Of a stretch of DNA of 59,573 nucleotides, positions 56,217 through 59,573 are shown in pieces. The stretch is from a virus (Duplodnaviria > Caudoviricetes). Position numbers and translations under genes: made by a program. How positions within the stretch are numbered: position 1 is the first letter of the stretch; each line of letters opens with the position of its first letter. Under the pieces are notes generated by a model. The model had not been told where the DNA came from. It did not search any database and was given only the letters and a program-made list of their open reading frames with translations. The stretch lies in IMG/VR virus record IMGVR_UViG_3300028585_000026, positions 1 to 59,573 of that record; one strand, given 5' to 3'.

Positions 56217-56522
56217 ATGCCAGTCGCTCTTGTTGTTGACCCTTTGCTTGCGAGCCCAGACTCCATGCGGGAGCTCTCCCACGAATCTTGGACGTTCGTG
56301 TTGGTAGAAACGCCAGCCAAAGCTATCGCAGCCATCCACGCCGTCGTATTTGATGCTGTTGCCGTCTCTAGCGCTGCCGTCGATCAGCGCGAATACGAGC
56401 CTCTTTTTTCCGCCATGAGGCTGGTAGCCCCTACTACCCGCCTGGTGGTTGTTGCTCGTAAGATGGCTCAGCCGACGTTATTCCTCGCCGAGGGCTTCCC
56501 TGAATCATCACTCGCTGAATGA
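56217..56522 (+). CDS. Hypothetical protein (degenerate receiver-like)
   Basis: ALVVDP, FDAVAV beta/alpha pattern. Confidence 0.4.
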   Translation: MPVALVVDPLLASPDSMRELSHESWTFVLVETPAKAIAAIHAVVFDAVAVSSAAVDQREYEPLFSAMRLVAPTTRLVVVARKMAQPTLFLAEGFPESSLAE

Positions 56523-56643
56523 CCGGCAGCGGCACGAGGCAGGTATGCAGTGAGAGGACGCCGGCCGCCATACCGAATACACCCGCGATGTTCACAGCGA
56601 GGTCGACCTGTACGGCGGTCAATCGATCAGTTCGTTTATCCAT
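56434..56643 (-). CDS. Small hypothetical protein
   Basis: Short ORF divergent from imuA. Confidence 0.4.
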   Translation of the reverse strand: MDKRTDRLTAVQVDLAVNIAGVFGMAAGVLSLHTCLVPLPVIQRVMIQGSPRRGITSAEPSYEQQPPGG

Positions 56644-56705
56644 GGAAAAATCTTACTGGCTGGATGTGGCGCGAGTTTGAGCTAGATCAAACTTCGAGCC
56701 TGTTA

Positions 56706-56725
56706 TACTGTATAAAAACACAGTA
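56706..56725. promoter_or_regulatory. LexA SOS box
   Basis: TACTGTATAAAAACACAGTA, matching CTG-N10-CAG, 16 bp upstream of imuA. Confidence 0.9.
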
Positions 56726-56741
56726 TTTCTAGGAATCAATC

Positions 56742-57437
56742 ATGGGCTCAGCCGCGACCATCAACCCCGAGGAACTTCACCCATCGCTCTGGCGCGCTTC
56801 CCAGTTGGCACGAAGTCACACGCGGTGCGTGAGCACCGGCCACATCGCGCTTGACCGTCAACTCCCCGGCGGAGGCTGGCCGACTGGCTCCATGATTGAC
56901 CTGCACGTGCAGCAGCCTGGGGTTGGAGAGATCACGATGCTTGCGCCTGCGCTGGCGGCGGTGGCCGGCCGCAGCGTGGTGATGCTCGAGCCGCCGCGCG
57001 TGCCGCAGGCGCTGTCGCTGGCCCGGCTGGGGATCGCGCCGGAATCCGCGCTCTGGGTGCGCGCACCTCGCACGGCTGACGCGCTCTGGTCGGCGGAGCA
57101 GGTACTTCGAAGGGGCTCATGCGGCGCGCTGCTGTTCTGGCAGAACCAGATCCGGAACGAGAACCTGCGCCGGCTGTGCCTGGCCGCCCAGGCGGGCGAG
57201 ACCCTGTTCTTCATGATGCGGACGCTGATCTCGGCACAGGACGCTTCGCCTGCGGCGCTGCGCCTGGCGCTCAGGCCGAGCGCCGGTGGGATCGAGGTCG
57301 AGTTCGTAAAGCGAAGAGGGCCGCGTCGTGACGAGTGCCTGTTCCTACCGCTGCAGATCGCGCCGGCACACGTCATGCTGCCGAACCGCCAGGTGGCGCC
57401 GGTGGTCCATGCGATGGAGCCCGCCTTGCACCAGTGA
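56742..57437 (+). CDS. imuA: Translesion synthesis-associated protein ImuA
   Basis: STGHIALDRQLPGGGWP, LWSAEQ, LRRL.LAAQ, KRRGP. Confidence 0.9.
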   Translation: MGSAATINPEELHPSLWRASQLARSHTRCVSTGHIALDRQLPGGGWPTGSMIDLHVQQPGVGEITMLAPALAAVAGRSVVMLEPPRVPQALSLARLGIAPESALWVRAPRTADALWSAEQVLRRGSCGALLFWQNQIRNENLRRLCLAAQAGETLFFMMRTLISAQDASPAALRLALRPSAGGIEVEFVKRRGPRRDECLFLPLQIAPAHVMLPNRQVAPVVHAMEPALHQ

Positions 57438-57602
57438 CGGCTATCTGACCTTTACTATTGAACCCTGCCGACCCGAGTGAAAACAAGGGTTACGACGGCA
57501 CCTGCGCTGGTTCTGTAGTACAGGCCACCCACGCTAATCGCTTGTCCGGAAACAGGAAATCGGCAAAGCATGGATAGATTCATAGGCTTCACACGTAAAA
57601 GC

Positions 57603-58280
57603 CTAAGCAGATCTGATGGCAGCCAAGCGGTCAAGTTCACGAAACACTGCCATCGTGATTTCGGCTTGACGCGCATATTCCCCGTTCAGAAAGGGGACGA
57701 TCTCGACTGGGCCGTAGTTTGTACCTTTCCTATGAAAGGGGATAAATTCGCCGCGTGTTGGTGCGACCTCGTCGAGACTGACCATCAAGCTCGCTTCAAC
57801 AATATTGCGGTGCTTGGCTTGATTAGCCAGCGCATCTAGAAGCCGGTATGAATCGTGGTCGAGAAACGTATTGATCAGCCTGGCAACTTCTATCTCGTGT
57901 GGAGTTAGCGCGCGTGGTACGTCTCTGAGGTACTTGGACCAATTGAGCTCGCCTTGTAACGCAGTGACAATCATCGTTCCTAAAATGTCTGCAATAGAGT
58001 GCAGGGCCTGAACCGCAGCGATCGCATGTGCCTCAGCCTGTTCCTTGATCGGCATCAACCTTTCTTCGGGCCGACCCAGAAGCTCTGCGACCAATTCATA
58101 TCCTTGCCTGCCGTCTACAGCCTTCTCAACCAGCCGAGTAAATTCATCTATGTGATACGCCCCGTGCGCGAACCTGCTGAGGACAGACTCTAGGGACAGA
58201 CCGAGTTGAATCTCCACTTTGCGGCCGTACAGCGTCTTGACGTTTCTTCGAAGAGACGTCGTGTTCCAATCGGTGCTCAT
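57603..58280 (-). CDS. HEPN-like moron protein
   Basis: Helical; LHSIADIL and ANQAKHR motifs; lower GC. Confidence 0.55.
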   Translation of the reverse strand: MSTDWNTTSLRRNVKTLYGRKVEIQLGLSLESVLSRFAHGAYHIDEFTRLVEKAVDGRQGYELVAELLGRPEERLMPIKEQAEAHAIAAVQALHSIADILGTMIVTALQGELNWSKYLRDVPRALTPHEIEVARLINTFLDHDSYRLLDALANQAKHRNIVEASLMVSLDEVAPTRGEFIPFHRKGTNYGPVEIVPFLNGEYARQAEITMAVFRELDRLAAIRSA

Positions 58281-58578
58281 CTGTCTAAGTTCCCTTACGT
58301 TGCCCACTGTCTCGTTGCGCTATTCAACACTTCCACATTCAATCGAATCAAGGGCTTAACTTATTACAATCAATAATTGAATAGCGCAGCCTGGGCCATG
58401 CAAGAGTCTGATTCGATTGGCGAAAATGCCGATAGAGCGTCTGACTTCTAAGCTGGTGCTCGATCGACTCCAGGGGCGTGCGGGAAGAAAAAAGCCACCG
58501 AAAGGGTGGCTCGAACCCACGACAACAGGAATCACAACCTGTAGTGCTAAATTCATCGCTAGTCGCCACCGAAAGGCG

Positions 58579-59337
58579 TCAAGCAACTCGCGGTTTTAGC
58601 CCTTCATTGCTGTTTATTCGATTGATCGCCTCTATGATTAAACTGTCATCCGCAGGTCGTGGGAAAACCTTTTCAAGGCAGAAATTTACAATCGAGAATA
58701 TTTCAAGAAGCTCCTTACGACTAGCACCGCTGAATCCATGGCTGCCATCATTACCAACGTATTTGACGGCGAGCAAAGCCTTTTTAACCTGTTCAAAGTT
58801 CGGATCGGTGAACATTTCGATGCGGCGATGCAGCGATAGATATCTCCCATCTGTTCGGGTCCGACTAACGCCCTTGAAATCCAGAATTTCTTCAACAATG
58901 GCGCGCAGGCGATTTAGGGCCGAATCCGGATCTGCCCAACAAACTTCATGAGCCTTATGCAAAAGCTGAGTAATCTCGAAAGGAACATTGTCGCCGGTTT
59001 TTGGGTTGATGACCTTCAACGGAGGATTAAAATAAGTTGGCGTGAGGAATAAAGTATATTCCCAGCTAGTGCCGTCTTCTGTGTAGTCTTGGCATACGTC
59101 GCCGGTTCCCGAAACTGTCACATGCTCATTGCATGCAGCGCATTTTAAGAGGCCCATAAAGATGTATCCGGCGTACTCGTAGTCCCACCACTCTTCGTCC
59201 TGGTTGTTTTGTGTTCCAGCATTTGCCTCAACCGTTAGGTCCGAAACCGGCCTAAGTTGACCATGGCCGCAGGTGGGGCAAGTCCAGGTCGGAACGCTTT
59301 TTCTAGGGAAGCTAGTGCTGGTGAATTCTGGATTCAT
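58579..59337 (-). CDS. Zn-ribbon + DUF4145 (HEPN) protein
   Basis: CPTC/CAAC, RLRAIVE, LHRRIE, YVGNDGSH. Confidence 0.75.
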   Translation of the reverse strand: MNPEFTSTSFPRKSVPTWTCPTCGHGQLRPVSDLTVEANAGTQNNQDEEWWDYEYAGYIFMGLLKCAACNEHVTVSGTGDVCQDYTEDGTSWEYTLFLTPTYFNPPLKVINPKTGDNVPFEITQLLHKAHEVCWADPDSALNRLRAIVEEILDFKGVSRTRTDGRYLSLHRRIEMFTDPNFEQVKKALLAVKYVGNDGSHGFSGASRKELLEIFSIVNFCLEKVFPRPADDSLIIEAINRINSNEGLKPRVA

Positions 59338-59378
59338 CTCGGGTGTTGGGCGCGTAGTGGAACAACGGATAGACCAAA

Positions 59379-59409
59379 TTGCGGAACTACGTGGTTTTTG
59401 CGGAACTAC
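59379..59409 (+). repeat. Tandem integrase arm-type sites
   Basis: TTGCGGAACTAC twice; same motif at 193-203 and inverted at 129-137. Confidence 0.6.
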
Positions 59410-59447
59410 GGCAATAAGCGACGAATCTCTGAGGGTCGCATAAACAC

Positions 59448-59504
59448 TGGTGCCCGGAGCCGGAATCGAACCGGCACGCCATTACTGGCGGGAGATTTTA
59501 AGTC
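59448..59504 (-). tRNA. 3' half of tRNA-Leu(UAA), second att core fragment
   Basis: Same fragment as 29-85, also lacking the 5' half. Confidence 0.85.
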
Positions 59505-59573
59505 ACGAGTGAATATGTTTGAAATCAAAATCTTAAGGCTGTTTTTCGTTCCGCAATAATGGAAATTGAACCA
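59448..59573. repeat. Right att direct repeat (126 bp, may extend beyond the window)
   Basis: Identical to 29-154. Confidence 0.95.

Larger units (their letters stand above)
29..59573. mobile_element. Complete temperate siphovirus prophage (HK97/lambdoid organisation) integrated at tRNA-Leu
   Basis: Terminal direct repeats, integrase at one end, and complete lysogeny, head, tail and lysis modules in canonical order. Confidence 0.95.

Overview
The window is an apparently complete ~59.4 kb lambdoid/HK97-like temperate siphovirus prophage. Its GC-rich content and SOS-box style suggest a betaproteobacterial host (inference only). It is bounded by 126-bp identical direct repeats (29-154 and 59448-59573), each carrying the 3' half of a tRNA-Leu(UAA). 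Gene order: integrase/excisionase, leftward early genes with rdgC, cargo, cI/cro/cII switch, a nucleotide/DNA-modification-rich early region, Q, terminase-portal-ClpP-capsid, neck/tail, lysis, orphan imuA and HEPN-like morons. The standout is a cassette inserted before the tape measure gene. A P22 immI-like arc/mnt/ant module is followed by a stand-alone RAMP/Cas7-like gene, a wHTH-like gene and two non-coding arrays of 5-nt GGY-NN units, each ending in an RNA hairpin. Reading only the NN dinucleotides (reverse-complemented, skipping every third base) spells codon positions 1-2 of two conserved motifs of the HK97-gp10-type neck gene. The prophage's own gp10 copy matches both only partially. 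This suggests an RNA-guided, wobble-skipping system aimed at related competitor phages (VIPR-like). All family assignments are by-eye motif recognition; no database searches were run.
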